From Candidatus Saccharimonadales bacterium (GTDB taxonomy: Bacteria > Patescibacteriota > Saccharimonadia > Saccharimonadales > SZUA-47): a stretch of DNA of 64,000 bases. Location of the stretch: positions 2,146 to 66,145 of the forward strand of contig JBBQVE010000006.1 in NCBI GenBank assembly GCA_038211855.1, in the 5' to 3' direction. The position numbers and the translations under genes are program-made. Below, in pieces: positions 43,214 to 53,301 of the stretch (position 1 is its first letter; the number at the start of each line of letters is the position of its first letter). A model generated the notes under the pieces. The model did no database searches. It was not told where the DNA came from and saw only the letters and a program-made list of their open reading frames with translations.

Positions 43214-44302
43214 TTACGTACTACGGTCGATAAGAGAGTCAACAAGGGCCTTTAAAAAGTTGGTCCCAGAATCATTCCAGTTGTGGGCAGTTCTATCTAA
43301 TGAGACTTTGGCCTCTCTGACGAGCCTTTCGGCCTGATTTTTGGCTTCCTCAAGGGCGCCAGTGTCCACAAAAATCTCTTTACAGCTGGTAAATTCAGTA
43401 TGCGTGAGGCGCTCATTGCCCATCATCTGAATAAGAAAGTTTTTGTCGGCACTGTCGGCTTTGCGCAGCGCTACTAATGACAAGAGCGTCTGCTTGCCTT
43501 CGCGAATATCGTCCATCGGGCTCTTGCCTGCCTCTAGCTCACTGCCAAATATACCAATAATGTCGTCAGTAATCTGGAAGGCTCGGCCGGCATGCATGCA
43601 GTAGTCAGTAATCGCTTTGAGCGTTTCATCATCGGCGCCGGCCAAAGCCATACCGAACTGGAGCGGATTCAAAAAAGAGTAATGGGCGGTTTTCCATTCG
43701 AGTACATGATCGACATCTTGCTCACTCACGTTGTCGAGCACTTCGTTGAAGAGGTCGTTAATCTGGCCATGGCCGGTGACAACCAAAGCATCGTTGAGCA
43801 ACTTGAGAGCCTTCACTTTTTGGACATCACCAACCGCTAATTCGGTAACGAGCGACTGGGCATAGTGATTGCCAATAAGCGCGGCGTTGATGGCCACCGC
43901 CTCACCAAAATGAAGGCTTTCCCCGCTTAAGCCAGTCTTATGGTGATAGTTCGATATGAGCATGTGAGCCGATGGTCCACCGCGGCGCATGGCAGATTTG
44001 TCCATGATATCGTCGAGAATCAGGATATAGGCGTGGACTATTTCGATGGCACAGGCGGCCTGCAGAATCATAGCGTGGTCAGCACCACCACGCATTTCGT
44101 AGCCGATTATCGTCAACGCGCCACGGATACGCTTGCCGCCGCGACCTAAGATCTCTGTAAATGCGTTGACAGCGATGACGGAATAGGGGGTGAAATTTTG
44201 AGCAGTCGATTTTTTGAGGTGAGCTGCGTGAGCATCGAGGGCGCCATCAACTTCTTTTTTTAGAGCCGTCAGGCGCGCTGCAAAAGCCAGTTTTGTCTCC
44301 AT
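43214..44302 (-). CDS. Polyprenyl (geranylgeranyl-type) diphosphate synthase
   Basis: FARM ILILDDIMDKSAMRRG and SARM FQITDDIIGIFG. 362 aa. Chain length is not determinable by eye. Confidence 0.9.
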   Translation of the reverse strand: METKLAFAARLTALKKEVDGALDAHAAHLKKSTAQNFTPYSVIAVNAFTEILGRGGKRIRGALTIIGYEMRGGADHAMILQAACAIEIVHAYILILDDIMDKSAMRRGGPSAHMLISNYHHKTGLSGESLHFGEAVAINAALIGNHYAQSLVTELAVGDVQKVKALKLLNDALVVTGHGQINDLFNEVLDNVSEQDVDHVLEWKTAHYSFLNPLQFGMALAGADDETLKAITDYCMHAGRAFQITDDIIGIFGSELEAGKSPMDDIREGKQTLLSLVALRKADSADKNFLIQMMGNERLTHTEFTSCKEIFVDTGALEEAKNQAERLVREAKVSLDRTAHNWNDSGTNFLKALVDSLIDRST

Positions 44303-44866
44303 TTATAGCCCCAGCTTTTCGACAATCAAGGCTTCGAACTCGGCAATGTCTGCACCGCTGTTATCGATGAAGATATCACAACGAGTTTTGACGTCTGCCA
44401 CGCTCAGTGTTGCCGCGTCGCCACTGTGCTTCATCTCGGCTTCTTCACCTGCTTGAAATTCTTCAAAGGTTGCCGGATCATCTGCTCGAGCACGAGTCTT
44501 TAAACGTTCAAAGCGAATTCTTGGATCTGCGTCGGTCCAGATCATCGTGCCACCGTGGACATGAATCGAATCAGCCTCAGCAGGATTACGTAAACTGCCT
44601 GTTATAAGGCCTTTGTAAGTGCCTTCGGGCTGCGTGTTATAAAACTCGACAGCTTTCTCTACTAGCACACCTAAACCAGCCTCACGACGCCATTCAGCGC
44701 TAATTGTGCGCAGGTTCTTGCGTTCGATTGAAAGGCCCCGTTTGTCGGCCTCTGCACGCAGTAAATCGCTGCTACTCACATACAGGAAACCGTGTTTATT
44801 CACCATAAACTCGGCCAGGGAGTCTTTGCCGCTGCCATTACTGCCGGCAATGCCGTATAAAATCAT
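44303..44866 (-). CDS. P-loop NMP-kinase-fold small kinase (substrate unknown)
   Basis: Walker A GIAGSNGSGKDS (the GKD variant seen in dNMP kinase and animal-type phosphomevalonate kinase). 187 aa. Its stop abuts the polyprenyl synthase start with no gap. Confidence 0.65.
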   Translation of the reverse strand: MILYGIAGSNGSGKDSLAEFMVNKHGFLYVSSSDLLRAEADKRGLSIERKNLRTISAEWRREAGLGVLVEKAVEFYNTQPEGTYKGLITGSLRNPAEADSIHVHGGTMIWTDADPRIRFERLKTRARADDPATFEEFQAGEEAEMKHSGDAATLSVADVKTRCDIFIDNSGADIAEFEALIVEKLGL

Positions 44867-44888
44867 ATGATTAGTTTAACATTACACC

Positions 44889-46004
44889 TTACTTGATGTA
44901 GTCGAGGAGCTTGCGACTGTCGCGGTGCTTACGCAGCTTAGCCAGGGCTTTGGCTTCGATTTGGCGAATGCGCTCGCGGGTTACGCTGAATTCCTGGCCG
45001 ACTTCTTCTAGCGTATGGCTCTTGCCATCTTCGAGCCCGAAGCGCAATTTTAAAATTTTTTGTTCGCGGTCAGTGAGGCCGGCGAGCAACTGTTTTACAT
45101 GTTCTTTGAGGAGCTGGTTGGTGGCGGATTCCTCGGGAGAAATGGTGTCTTCATCTTCGATGAAGTCACCTAAGACGGAATCCTCTTCGTCGTCGCGAAC
45201 GCTCGCGTCTAAGCTCGAGATGTCCTGCTTGATCTTCATAATGTGTTCAACTTTGTCGACATCGATTTCCATTGCCTTGGCGATTTCGTCGTTGGTCGGT
45301 TCGCGATTGAGCTCCTGCGTTAAGCGGCGCTGGGTTCGCAACAACTTGTTAATCGTCTCCACCATGTGCACCGGAATACGGATCGTACGTGCCTGGTCAG
45401 CAATCGCTCGCGTAATCGCCTGACGAATCCACCAGGTGGCGTAGGTAGAGAACTTAAAGCCCTTATCTGGGTCGAACTTTTCGACCGCGCGTAGCAGACC
45501 AGTGTTGCCTTCTTGTATCAGGTCCAAGAGGTCCAAACCACGTCCGACGTAGCGCTTGGCGATCGAGACAACGAGACGCATGTTGGCTTCTGCCATCTGG
45601 TCTTTGGCTTCTTTATCACCAGCCACGACGCGCTGAGCAAGTTCAAGCTCATCCTTCGCATTTAACAACGGTATTTTACCAATTTCGCGAAGGTATAAAC
45701 GGACCGAGTCATCGGCAATATCATCAAGATAGGTGCCTTCATCGAGGACGATTTCTTCACCATCTTCCACGGACCACTCGTCGCTCAAATCTTCTGGTTT
45801 CGGCTCGGCAATACCAGTGACTTCAATTTTATGGGCTGCTAATTCGACGTAAAAAGCATCGAGTGCGTCGATGTTTTCGGGTGTATCCGCAATCACCTCA
45901 AAAATCTCGCGCTGTTCGAGCTTACCGTCTTTTTTTGATTTCGCGATCAGGGCACGCTTACCGGGCTCAAACGGATCAGCCGCTGGTTGTGGTACATCTG
46001 CCAT
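44889..46004 (-). CDS. rpoD: RNA polymerase sigma factor RpoD (primary sigma70)
   Basis: Region 2 [18 protein letters not shown] / [15 protein letters not shown] and region 4.2 [24 protein letters not shown]. Lies downstream of dnaG. Confidence 0.95.
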   Translation of the reverse strand: MADVPQPAADPFEPGKRALIAKSKKDGKLEQREIFEVIADTPENIDALDAFYVELAAHKIEVTGIAEPKPEDLSDEWSVEDGEEIVLDEGTYLDDIADDSVRLYLREIGKIPLLNAKDELELAQRVVAGDKEAKDQMAEANMRLVVSIAKRYVGRGLDLLDLIQEGNTGLLRAVEKFDPDKGFKFSTYATWWIRQAITRAIADQARTIRIPVHMVETINKLLRTQRRLTQELNREPTNDEIAKAMEIDVDKVEHIMKIKQDISSLDASVRDDEEDSVLGDFIEDEDTISPEESATNQLLKEHVKQLLAGLTDREQKILKLRFGLEDGKSHTLEEVGQEFSVTRERIRQIEAKALAKLRKHRDSRKLLDYIK

Positions 46005-46015
46005 GTATGGCTCCT

Positions 46016-47764
46016 TTACTGTTGTGTTAGTTGATAAGCCTTTGCAAGCTCGTCGAGTTCTTTTGCCTGTTGTAATAACTTTGGCGTGGTTTTTTCATCG
46101 GCGACGTCAATTTCGCGGATGATAAGGTGTTTTTTGTATTTGACGTACTCTGCAACCAGTCGTGAGGCGAGCGTTTCGGTTTGATACCGGAGCTCATCAA
46201 CCTCTGTATTTTGGTAGAGTTCTTCGGATAGAAGTACTAACATTTTAACATAATCCTGCACTTTTTGCAGCCCCTCACTACTGTTGCCGTCGTATTCAGG
46301 ATGTTTCAGGAGGAATTGATGCATGATAAGCGCGTCAGGCTGAATAAAAACTTCTGCTGGCAGGCCGACCAAAATCGGGCGTAATGCGGGGTGCCTGAGG
46401 GCAATCGACAACAGATGTTGTTCCAAAATAATCCGATCTTTATCATGGGGCTGCTCTGTGTCATCAGTCTTGCGTTTTTTGAGTCTTGTTTGGGCCTCTT
46501 CACTGCCCTGCATCTTGGTGCGCAAGCTAGCCGCACTGACTTCGATTTTTTTGGCTAGCAGTGTCACATAGTGGTCCTGCTCAACGCTGTCTTTCAAGCG
46601 CTTCACCAGTTTTAGCACAACGTCTGTGTAAGTACGTTTGCCAACAGCGCTGGTGATGTCTAACTGCGCCTCGTAGCGCGCCATCAGCCAATCGATGACA
46701 TACTGTGGATTTTGCACAGCCTTAAGCCACAATTCCATATCTTTTTTGATAAGTTCGTCGGGGTCTTTGCCTTCGGTGATCGTAATCATTTGCAGCGTGA
46801 CATCAACTTGGTTGGCGAGGTCGATGGCCCGCTCGGCGGCTTTTTGGCCGGCGCTATCTTGATCGAAACAGAGGCGGATATCGCCGGTAAAGCGTTTGAG
46901 GGCTTTGAGATGCTGTACGGTCATGGCCGTTCCGGCAGTCGCAACAACGTTTTTGACACCGACTTGATGGCTGGCGATCACATCGAGATTACCTTCGACC
47001 ACCACCACGAAACCTTCTTTGCGGATGGCTTCTTTGGCAAGATGGAGCCCATAGGCTTGCCGGCCTTTGTCATACAGCAGCGTGGCCGGCGTATTGATGT
47101 ATTTGGGAGCGTTCGGGTCAGCATCCAACTGTCGAGCTGTAAAGCCAACCACCATGCCCTGCGCATCGCTGAGTGGCACCATGAGGCGGCCACGGAACAT
47201 ATCTCCCAAGCCGTTACGACGCTCAGTGACGAGGCCGGCACGCTTCATTTCGTCAGCCGTGAAGCCCTTCTCGACTAAATATTTGAATAATTCTTGGCCG
47301 CTGGACGGACTATATCCCAAGCGAAATTCGATAATCGTTTCTTTGCTGAACGCACGATTTTTGCGCACGTAATTAAGCGCATCGGTATTTTGCGTAAGTT
47401 GTCTTTGATAAAAATGGGCTGCCAGTTCAAGCGCTTTGTAGAGCCGTTCCTTAAGTTTGCTGTTGTCATTGCTGTTGGTGCGGTACTGGCCCAGATCAAC
47501 GCCGGCCTTGCGAGCTAAAAGCTCCAGGGCTCCCTTAAAATCGAGGCCCTCCATCTCCATGACAAAACTGAAGACATTACCTCCCTTACCACTGCTGAAG
47601 TCGTGCCAGATCTGTTTTTCGGGGCTCACCATCAAGCTTGGTGACTTCTCGTTGCTAAACGGACTAAGCCCTTTGAAGTTGCGGCCGGAGCGCTTCAGCT
47701 GCACATATTCAGAGACGATATCTTCAATCGCTAGCCGCTCTCGTATTTCACTCGCCGCATCCAT
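46016..47764 (-). CDS. dnaG: DNA primase DnaG (zinc-ribbon ligands all substituted)
   Basis: ZBD-like N-terminus, TOPRIM ([23 protein letters not shown]) and a helical C-domain. I place the start at ATG 47764 ([11 protein letters not shown]...), which matches DnaG N-termini. The track start at 47842 is an upstream extension. Confidence 0.92.
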   Translation of the reverse strand: MDAASEIRERLAIEDIVSEYVQLKRSGRNFKGLSPFSNEKSPSLMVSPEKQIWHDFSSGKGGNVFSFVMEMEGLDFKGALELLARKAGVDLGQYRTNSNDNSKLKERLYKALELAAHFYQRQLTQNTDALNYVRKNRAFSKETIIEFRLGYSPSSGQELFKYLVEKGFTADEMKRAGLVTERRNGLGDMFRGRLMVPLSDAQGMVVGFTARQLDADPNAPKYINTPATLLYDKGRQAYGLHLAKEAIRKEGFVVVVEGNLDVIASHQVGVKNVVATAGTAMTVQHLKALKRFTGDIRLCFDQDSAGQKAAERAIDLANQVDVTLQMITITEGKDPDELIKKDMELWLKAVQNPQYVIDWLMARYEAQLDITSAVGKRTYTDVVLKLVKRLKDSVEQDHYVTLLAKKIEVSAASLRTKMQGSEEAQTRLKKRKTDDTEQPHDKDRIILEQHLLSIALRHPALRPILVGLPAEVFIQPDALIMHQFLLKHPEYDGNSSEGLQKVQDYVKMLVLLSEELYQNTEVDELRYQTETLASRLVAEYVKYKKHLIIREIDVADEKTTPKLLQQAKELDELAKAYQLTQQ

Positions 47765-47831
47765 ACTTATAGGGTACAGGCTTTGGCCTGCACGGTACAG
47801 CTTAAGGACTATTTCTGGTATCATAAGCAGT

Positions 47832-48437
47832 ATGCAACCCAATGGACAAGCTCCCGCCCCCGCACCACAGCAAAACCCCTACGACTATCTATTGAATCCA
47901 CCGACCGCACCACGCAAGCAACGGCCGCTGTTTAGTGGCGGAAACAAAGTCGTGAAGGTCGTATTTGTAGCTGTGGTTTTAGTCGTCGTGCTCATCGCCT
48001 ACTCGGTGTTTTCAAACCTCACGAAGACCAACTACGACGCCGTCGTACGCTTAGCCGAAAGACAGCAAGAGATTGTTCGGGTTTCTAATCTGGGCCTTGC
48101 GAGCGCCCAAGATCCGGCCACGCGTGTGTACGTGTCGACAATCGCAAGCACTACCCAGAGTGAGCAATATGCCACCGTTGCTTTCCTGAGCAAAAAACAG
48201 ATCAAAGTCTCCCCAAGCGTATTGGCCCTAAAGCAGGATAGTTCCATCGACACTTCTCTCAAGAGTGCCCAGCAGAATAACACCTATGATAAGGTACTGA
48301 CCGACACATTGAACGATCTCCTACTTAGCTACCAAAAAGCTCAAAAAGAAGTCACCGACGTGGGCAAGAGCAAGAGCGAAACCGCTCTGTTTGCAACCTT
48401 GTTTTTGAATGCAAAAGTTTTGGACGGTATTAAGTAG
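47832..48437 (+). CDS. Membrane-anchored hypothetical protein
   Basis: 201 aa from ATG 47832. Pro/Gln-rich N-terminus, a single TM (VVKVVFVAVVLVVVLIAYSVF) and an extracytoplasmic helical domain. The upstream part of track ORF 47457.. is antisense to dnaG. Confidence 0.6.
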   Translation: MQPNGQAPAPAPQQNPYDYLLNPPTAPRKQRPLFSGGNKVVKVVFVAVVLVVVLIAYSVFSNLTKTNYDAVVRLAERQQEIVRVSNLGLASAQDPATRVYVSTIASTTQSEQYATVAFLSKKQIKVSPSVLALKQDSSIDTSLKSAQQNNTYDKVLTDTLNDLLLSYQKAQKEVTDVGKSKSETALFATLFLNAKVLDGIK

Positions 48438-48771
48438 TCTCGGCACCGGTCACCAGATTGTAACTGAGAAGAATAAAGCCTTGCACTTCATCCCAAGGAA
48501 TCTCGCCAGATAAAACAATGGTGTTCCAATGCTTCTTGTTCAGATGATAGCCCGGCATGACCGTGACATACTTTTCGCGCAGTAGCACGGCTAACTGCGG
48601 GTCGCATTTCAGACTTATTTTCATCGGTTCGGTGTCTTCCGGAATCAACGCAAACAGCTTTTCTTCTCCCTTTACAGGGGCTTTATAGGCGGCGACTTCA
48701 GGACCAAACGGATAGCTTAGCTTGGCACCCGGAAAGCTCAACACATAGTCTTCGACAGTCTTATTATCCAT
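48430..48771 (-). CDS. MmcQ/YjbR-family protein
   Basis: 113 aa from ATG 48771. Family-typical ...PGYHLNKKHWNTIVL... motif. Overlaps the orn stop by 8 nt. Confidence 0.75.
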   Translation of the reverse strand: MDNKTVEDYVLSFPGAKLSYPFGPEVAAYKAPVKGEEKLFALIPEDTEPMKISLKCDPQLAVLLREKYVTVMPGYHLNKKHWNTIVLSGEIPWDEVQGFILLSYNLVTGAETT

Positions 48772-49321
48772 GCTTTTCGAACCAATCAAGGTAATATTGT
48801 AATTCGGCAATGCTGGCTTGCACATCTTCATAGGCACGGTGTGGCGAGTTTTTGTCGAATTCAACGCCGTATTTGCCGCGCATGATCGTTTTGAAGCTGC
48901 TAACGTCGAGCATCCGGTAATGCAGTTTGAGGTCAAAGGCTGGCCAGTGTGCTTTGATGACTGAGCGGTCGGAATGGATGGAATTCCCCGCCAAAATTGC
49001 TGGTTCATTGCCAAATTGCTCTTCAACCAAGGCAATTAGTTCAGCTTCGACGATTTTACTATCTTTTGCGGAGTCATTACCCGTTACAAAAGCGTCGCGG
49101 TTTTCGGAATACTCCTGCCAAAACGTGTTTAATGCAAAGCGTTTGACGAGTTTTTCAGGATTATTTTTGATGCGCGCTTCGTAACTGGCAAGGGTCGTAA
49201 AGTTAAAGTCAGTGACTTCAACCGATACTTCCAAGACGCAAGCGTTCGGGTAATCAAAATCGGTAAACTCCAGATCCATCCATAACAGTTTGGTCGGAAT
49301 AGCATTTTTATCTACATTCAT
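48764..49321 (-). CDS. orn: Oligoribonuclease (DEDDh 3'-5' exonuclease)
   Basis: Exo I WMDLEFTD, Exo II AGNSIHSDRSVI, Exo III HRAYEDVQASIAELQYY. Confidence 0.88.
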   Translation of the reverse strand: MNVDKNAIPTKLLWMDLEFTDFDYPNACVLEVSVEVTDFNFTTLASYEARIKNNPEKLVKRFALNTFWQEYSENRDAFVTGNDSAKDSKIVEAELIALVEEQFGNEPAILAGNSIHSDRSVIKAHWPAFDLKLHYRMLDVSSFKTIMRGKYGVEFDKNSPHRAYEDVQASIAELQYYLDWFEKHG

Positions 49322-49337
49322 ATGCTGCCATTATAGC

Positions 49338-50564
49338 CTACTGGCTGAGGGCTTTCGTTGTCGCTGACCAGTTCATACGTTCTTCAACAGCAGCTTGCGT
49401 TGCAGCGTCTGCCTTATGAGTGAGTTTACCTGCCCCGCCCTGACTGGCAACAACCGCATACGTTAGTTTGACTGCTACTCTTTTGAGACCCTGCGCCTGG
49501 GCAGTTTGTAGGCACGCATCATGGAAGGCTGCACATGTCGGTCCCAGCTTCAACCAGCTTGCCACATTGGCATCATAGGGCACGGTCATGGTAGCGTCGA
49601 TACTCGCACCGCGTTGGGTTTCAGTATCCAGCTGGTCAAAGATAAAATTACCCAGACTATAGACGACCAATTTGCCATTATATACTTCCGTATTTTGGAC
49701 CCAATGCGGATTATTGGCGAGCAGAAAATCAAGACCAGTATCGACGAGCTGGTGAGCAATTGTCACCTGATCGGCACTAGCGGTGGCATGATATTCATTG
49801 CCCATTTCAACAAAGCCAAACACCGGCATGACGTCGGCATACTGCTTTACAACGGCTAGCTCATCGGCGTAGGGGCCACGGAAATAATTAAAGTAATGCC
49901 AAGCGCAAAAAGCGATTGGTAACGCAGATTTTTCTTCTGTTTTATCCGATTTTTGGACTCGAACCGGCAGAGCAATCACTTCGCAAATATCTTTGGTAAC
50001 TGTCGGGTCGTAGTTGCCAAAATACTGCACCCCGGGCTGTTTATCCATGTATGTCCGAGTGCTCAAAATGCCGGTCTGACCACCTTGATTGTCGGTGTGA
50101 TTATTCGCCAAGTCGTAGAGATTAAAAAACTTACTAGCTTCCGGTAAAAACTCTGGGCGGCAGTTAAAAACAAGTTTTTCAATCTGTGTCTGATACGGCA
50201 CAATGTTATCTGTTACAGGACATTCAAAATCGGTGCTCCAAGCGTCGTAGGCCGAGCGGTTCAGTGTGTCTAGCTGGCTAAAAGGCTGCGTATACTTACC
50301 ATTGGCGTATTTTTCGACAGCCCGTGCCCACACGGTGGTTCCATTGAATAAATATCGTCCGGCAACGGCAACATCAGTCGGTGTCACAACTTCTGATTTG
50401 GCGGGGGTAGCAGTAGCGCTTTTTGGCTGCGGTTTGGCGCGGAACAGCTCCACATACACAAACCAGCCGGCCAGTGCCAGAAACCCCAGAACAGCGATAC
50501 CAATGCCAGCTATCAGCACTTTCTTGTAGCGCCATTCCGGCTCTTCATCCTGCGGATAGATCAC
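49338..50564 (-). CDS. CapA-family (PGA_cap, metallophosphatase-like) membrane-anchored protein
   Basis: N-terminal TM, then DLANNHTDNQG and VEMGNEYH motifs typical of CapA/YwtB-like proteins. GTG start. Confidence 0.8.
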   Translation of the reverse strand: MIYPQDEEPEWRYKKVLIAGIGIAVLGFLALAGWFVYVELFRAKPQPKSATATPAKSEVVTPTDVAVAGRYLFNGTTVWARAVEKYANGKYTQPFSQLDTLNRSAYDAWSTDFECPVTDNIVPYQTQIEKLVFNCRPEFLPEASKFFNLYDLANNHTDNQGGQTGILSTRTYMDKQPGVQYFGNYDPTVTKDICEVIALPVRVQKSDKTEEKSALPIAFCAWHYFNYFRGPYADELAVVKQYADVMPVFGFVEMGNEYHATASADQVTIAHQLVDTGLDFLLANNPHWVQNTEVYNGKLVVYSLGNFIFDQLDTETQRGASIDATMTVPYDANVASWLKLGPTCAAFHDACLQTAQAQGLKRVAVKLTYAVVASQGGAGKLTHKADAATQAAVEERMNWSATTKALSQ

Positions 50565-50576
50565 GGCAAAACCCTC

Positions 50577-50966
50577 TTATTTAGATTCTTGGAAGCCAAG
50601 ACTGGCCGAGTTGATGCAGAAATGTTGGCCGTTTGGCGAGGAATCATCTGGGAATAAGTGCCCTAGATGACCACCGCAATTGCTGCAAGTAACCTCCGTG
50701 CGATGCATGCCGAGAGTTGTGTCATCGTTCAGGGTTATAGCATCGTTCGACGAGGCTTCTGAGAAGCTCGGCCAGCCGATCAGGCCAGGCATGGTCGACT
50801 CGTATTTGCTGTCACTTTTGTACAAGTCCTTTCCGCAATTGGCGCACGTATACATACCCGTTTTGTCGTTGTGTAGCAGTGCGCCCGTTCCCGGTGCTTC
50901 AGTGCCCGCTTCAAATAGAACGTGTTTTTGTTCGTCGCTCAGATCCGGATTAATTTGTTGTGTCAT
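50577..50966 (-). CDS. msrB: Peptide-methionine (R)-S-oxide reductase
   Basis: Zinc CxxC pairs (CANCGKDL, CSNCGGHLGHLF) and the GWPSF motif. Confidence 0.93.
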   Translation of the reverse strand: MTQQINPDLSDEQKHVLFEAGTEAPGTGALLHNDKTGMYTCANCGKDLYKSDSKYESTMPGLIGWPSFSEASSNDAITLNDDTTLGMHRTEVTCSNCGGHLGHLFPDDSSPNGQHFCINSASLGFQESK

Positions 50967-51352
50967 AGTTCTCCTTCCTTCTTTTTGGCTTTCGCCACTT
51001 CCTTTTTTACCTCAGTTTTGATCTCTTCCTTCTTCTTGTCGAGTTTATCCAGCTTCAGACCGTGGACGACGTAATATATAACAGCTGCAACTGCTAGCAG
51101 TGTAATAACCGAGCTCAGCACTGAACCCCAAGCAAAAGTCAGTTTTTTAGATCCGTGGTGCAATCCTGTGTACCATGTCTTCTTAGCGAGGTCATCGCCA
51201 CCCAAAATAAAACCAACAATCGGGTTAATGATACCATCAACGATCGCCTTGACTGTCGCGCCGGCTGCCGTTCCTACCGCTAAGCCAACCGCCAATCCGA
51301 CCACCCCTTGTTCACGCACAAAATCTGTAAAGTCTCTTAGTCGTTTATTCAT
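50963..51352 (-). CDS. mscL: Large-conductance mechanosensitive channel
   Basis: FVREQGVVGLAVGLAVGTAAGATVKAIVDGIINPIVG, two TM helices, Lys/Glu-rich C-terminal helix. Confidence 0.92.
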   Translation of the reverse strand: MNKRLRDFTDFVREQGVVGLAVGLAVGTAAGATVKAIVDGIINPIVGFILGGDDLAKKTWYTGLHHGSKKLTFAWGSVLSSVITLLAVAAVIYYVVHGLKLDKLDKKKEEIKTEVKKEVAKAKKKEGEL

Positions 51353-51385
51353 GCGTTCACTCCACTTACCTCCTGATTATAGCGC

Positions 51386-53170
51386 CTACTTTGACTGGGA
51401 CGCCAACATATCCCGGTAGGCATCAATACCGCCAACTTCCTCAACCGGTACGATCTTGCCGTCCTGCAGTACAAAAATATGGTCGACGGCGTTCAGAATC
51501 GTCATATCATGCGTCACCATGATCACTGTCTTGCCGTGCAGGTTCTTGATGGTTTCGGCGACCTTGTTGCGCGATGCTTCGTCGAGCGCGGAAGTTGGTT
51601 CGTCTAGGAGTAAAATCGGTGCATTTTTATACAATGCGCGGGCAATGGTAAGACGTTGTTTCTGACCACCAGACAGGTCGTGGTCACTACCAATGGAAAG
51701 TTCTTCACCGAACTGTGACGGCATAGCTTGTATAAAGTCGAGCGCACCAGCCGCCGTGGCCGCTTCGCTGACCAGCTGGGCATTGATCGGTTCCTCATCA
51801 AGGGCAGAAAAAGCTATGTTTTCGGCAATCGAGGCGCTGATAAGCTGCGGCATTTGATCGACTAAAGCGATTTTACGACGCAAGTAGCCGAGATCATATT
51901 GGTGCAGTTCGACCCCATCAACCATCACCTGTCCGCTCGTTGGTGTCAAAAAGCGCAGCAGTACATTAAATAAGGTGCTTTTACCGGCGCCAGAAGGCCC
52001 GATCAGAGCGACTTTTGTGCCGGCCGAGATATTCCAAGTGACGTCTTGCAAAACCGGCTGGTCACCACGAAAAAGGCTCAAATTCCGCAGTGTAATGTTG
52101 CCCTGTAAGCCTTCTGGTCGCTGCGGTCCGCTATCCATACGCCACTTTTCGCTGACTGCGATAACGTCGAAGAGTTTTGAAACTTGCGCCCGTTCGGTGC
52201 GGTAGCCAGCAATCGCCCCACTCAGTGACTGCAAGGGTTCAAGCAAATTTCCCATATAGCTCGTAAAGACAAGAAGTGCACCAAAGGTGGTATGACCTTT
52301 AAAGACGAGCGTACCGCCAATCAACAGTACCGCCGTCGAAGCTACCGTGTTGATCAGCGAGTTGGTTGTTCCAAAGAAGTTCCCCAGCACAGTCAGCTTA
52401 ACCGATTCATTATTGCGCGTCCGGCTTAGATTCAAAAAACGATTCAGCTGTACGGCCTCTTTATTGAAGGCCTGCACCATGCGCACATTTTCGACAGTTT
52501 CACTCGATGCTGCATAGATCTTATCTTCATAGTTCGTCACAACTTCGGACTGCTTTTGTAACTTCTTACTAAACAAAAGTGTCGAAAAATACAGCATCGG
52601 CATTGCGACGAACGCAATCAAGGCCAAGAGCGGATTGATGAGAACAAGCACCGCGGTCATGCCAACCATCATCGCCACCGATCGAATGATCGTCACGACC
52701 GTGCCATATATGAAGTTTGCTATCACCGAATACAAAGCACTCAATCGGTACAGATATTCTCCGTTCTGCATCCGTCCAGGTTCGTTATACGGCAGCACCA
52801 AAATGCTCGCGAGGATCTCCCGCTGCACATCAAGATCCAGGCGGGCTTCAATTCTTTGTTGCACCAAACCAGCAATAAAGCTGAACAAGCTACCGAGCCC
52901 AAATAAAGCGAAGTTCAAAATCGCTACTGCAACCAGCAAGTGCTCACGAATTGTGAGTGCTGATTGGTGTTGACCGACGAGAAAATGCAGGTATGATGGC
53001 GATTGATTCTGACCAAATACACTATCAGCCAAAATCTTAAACGGGATAGGTTGCAGGAGCGTAAAACCGATGCCGATCGCCGCAAATGCCAGTACTATGC
53101 CTATGGTAGCGCGCTGATGCAGTACCCATTTGCGCAACCATTTGCCGCTTTTATCCACCTCAGTTTCCAT
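51386..53170 (-). CDS. ABC exporter, fused permease/ATPase (MsbA/MdlB-like)
   Basis: Six-TM exporter domain. Walker A GPSGAGKST, signature LSGGQKQRL, Walker B ILLLDEPTS. Confidence 0.9.
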   Translation of the reverse strand: METEVDKSGKWLRKWVLHQRATIGIVLAFAAIGIGFTLLQPIPFKILADSVFGQNQSPSYLHFLVGQHQSALTIREHLLVAVAILNFALFGLGSLFSFIAGLVQQRIEARLDLDVQREILASILVLPYNEPGRMQNGEYLYRLSALYSVIANFIYGTVVTIIRSVAMMVGMTAVLVLINPLLALIAFVAMPMLYFSTLLFSKKLQKQSEVVTNYEDKIYAASSETVENVRMVQAFNKEAVQLNRFLNLSRTRNNESVKLTVLGNFFGTTNSLINTVASTAVLLIGGTLVFKGHTTFGALLVFTSYMGNLLEPLQSLSGAIAGYRTERAQVSKLFDVIAVSEKWRMDSGPQRPEGLQGNITLRNLSLFRGDQPVLQDVTWNISAGTKVALIGPSGAGKSTLFNVLLRFLTPTSGQVMVDGVELHQYDLGYLRRKIALVDQMPQLISASIAENIAFSALDEEPINAQLVSEAATAAGALDFIQAMPSQFGEELSIGSDHDLSGGQKQRLTIARALYKNAPILLLDEPTSALDEASRNKVAETIKNLHGKTVIMVTHDMTILNAVDHIFVLQDGKIVPVEEVGGIDAYRDMLASQSK

Positions 53171-53177
53171 GAGTTTA

Positions 53178-53207
53178 ACTATACCGTAGAAGGCCGCTTA
53201 AGCGTAA
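53178..53207 (-). promoter_or_regulatory. Putative promoter of ABC exporter (leaderless geometry)
   Basis: TTACGC (53207-53202), 18 nt, TATAGT (53183-53178), then 7 nt to the ATG at 53170. Confidence 0.45.
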
Positions 53208-53245
53208 GAGGATTCGCCTCTTTGTGGGTAGGCCTACTCACCACC

Positions 53246-53274
53246 TTGACATTACATTACGTTTATGCTAAAGT
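53246..53274 (+). promoter_or_regulatory. Sigma70-like promoter
   Basis: TTGACA (53246-53251), 17 nt, TAAAGT (53269-53274). Points into an otherwise unannotated 200-nt stretch. Confidence 0.5.
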
Positions 53275-53301
53275 TAATTTGTCACTTAAAAAAACAAAAC
53301 T

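Noticed and set aside
47457-47831. 5' extension of the 326-aa plus-strand ORF upstream of ATG 47832.
   Set aside because: The extension is antisense to the dnaG N-terminal coding region and reads as low-complexity Ser/Leu/Pro/Arg. The segment from ATG 47832 has a coherent anchor-plus-domain architecture.
48772-49035. Upstream part of the 201-aa minus-strand ORF (48430-49035), which overlaps orn.
   Set aside because: It overlaps the well-supported oligoribonuclease gene in another frame. The recognisable MmcQ/YjbR domain begins at the internal ATG at 48771.
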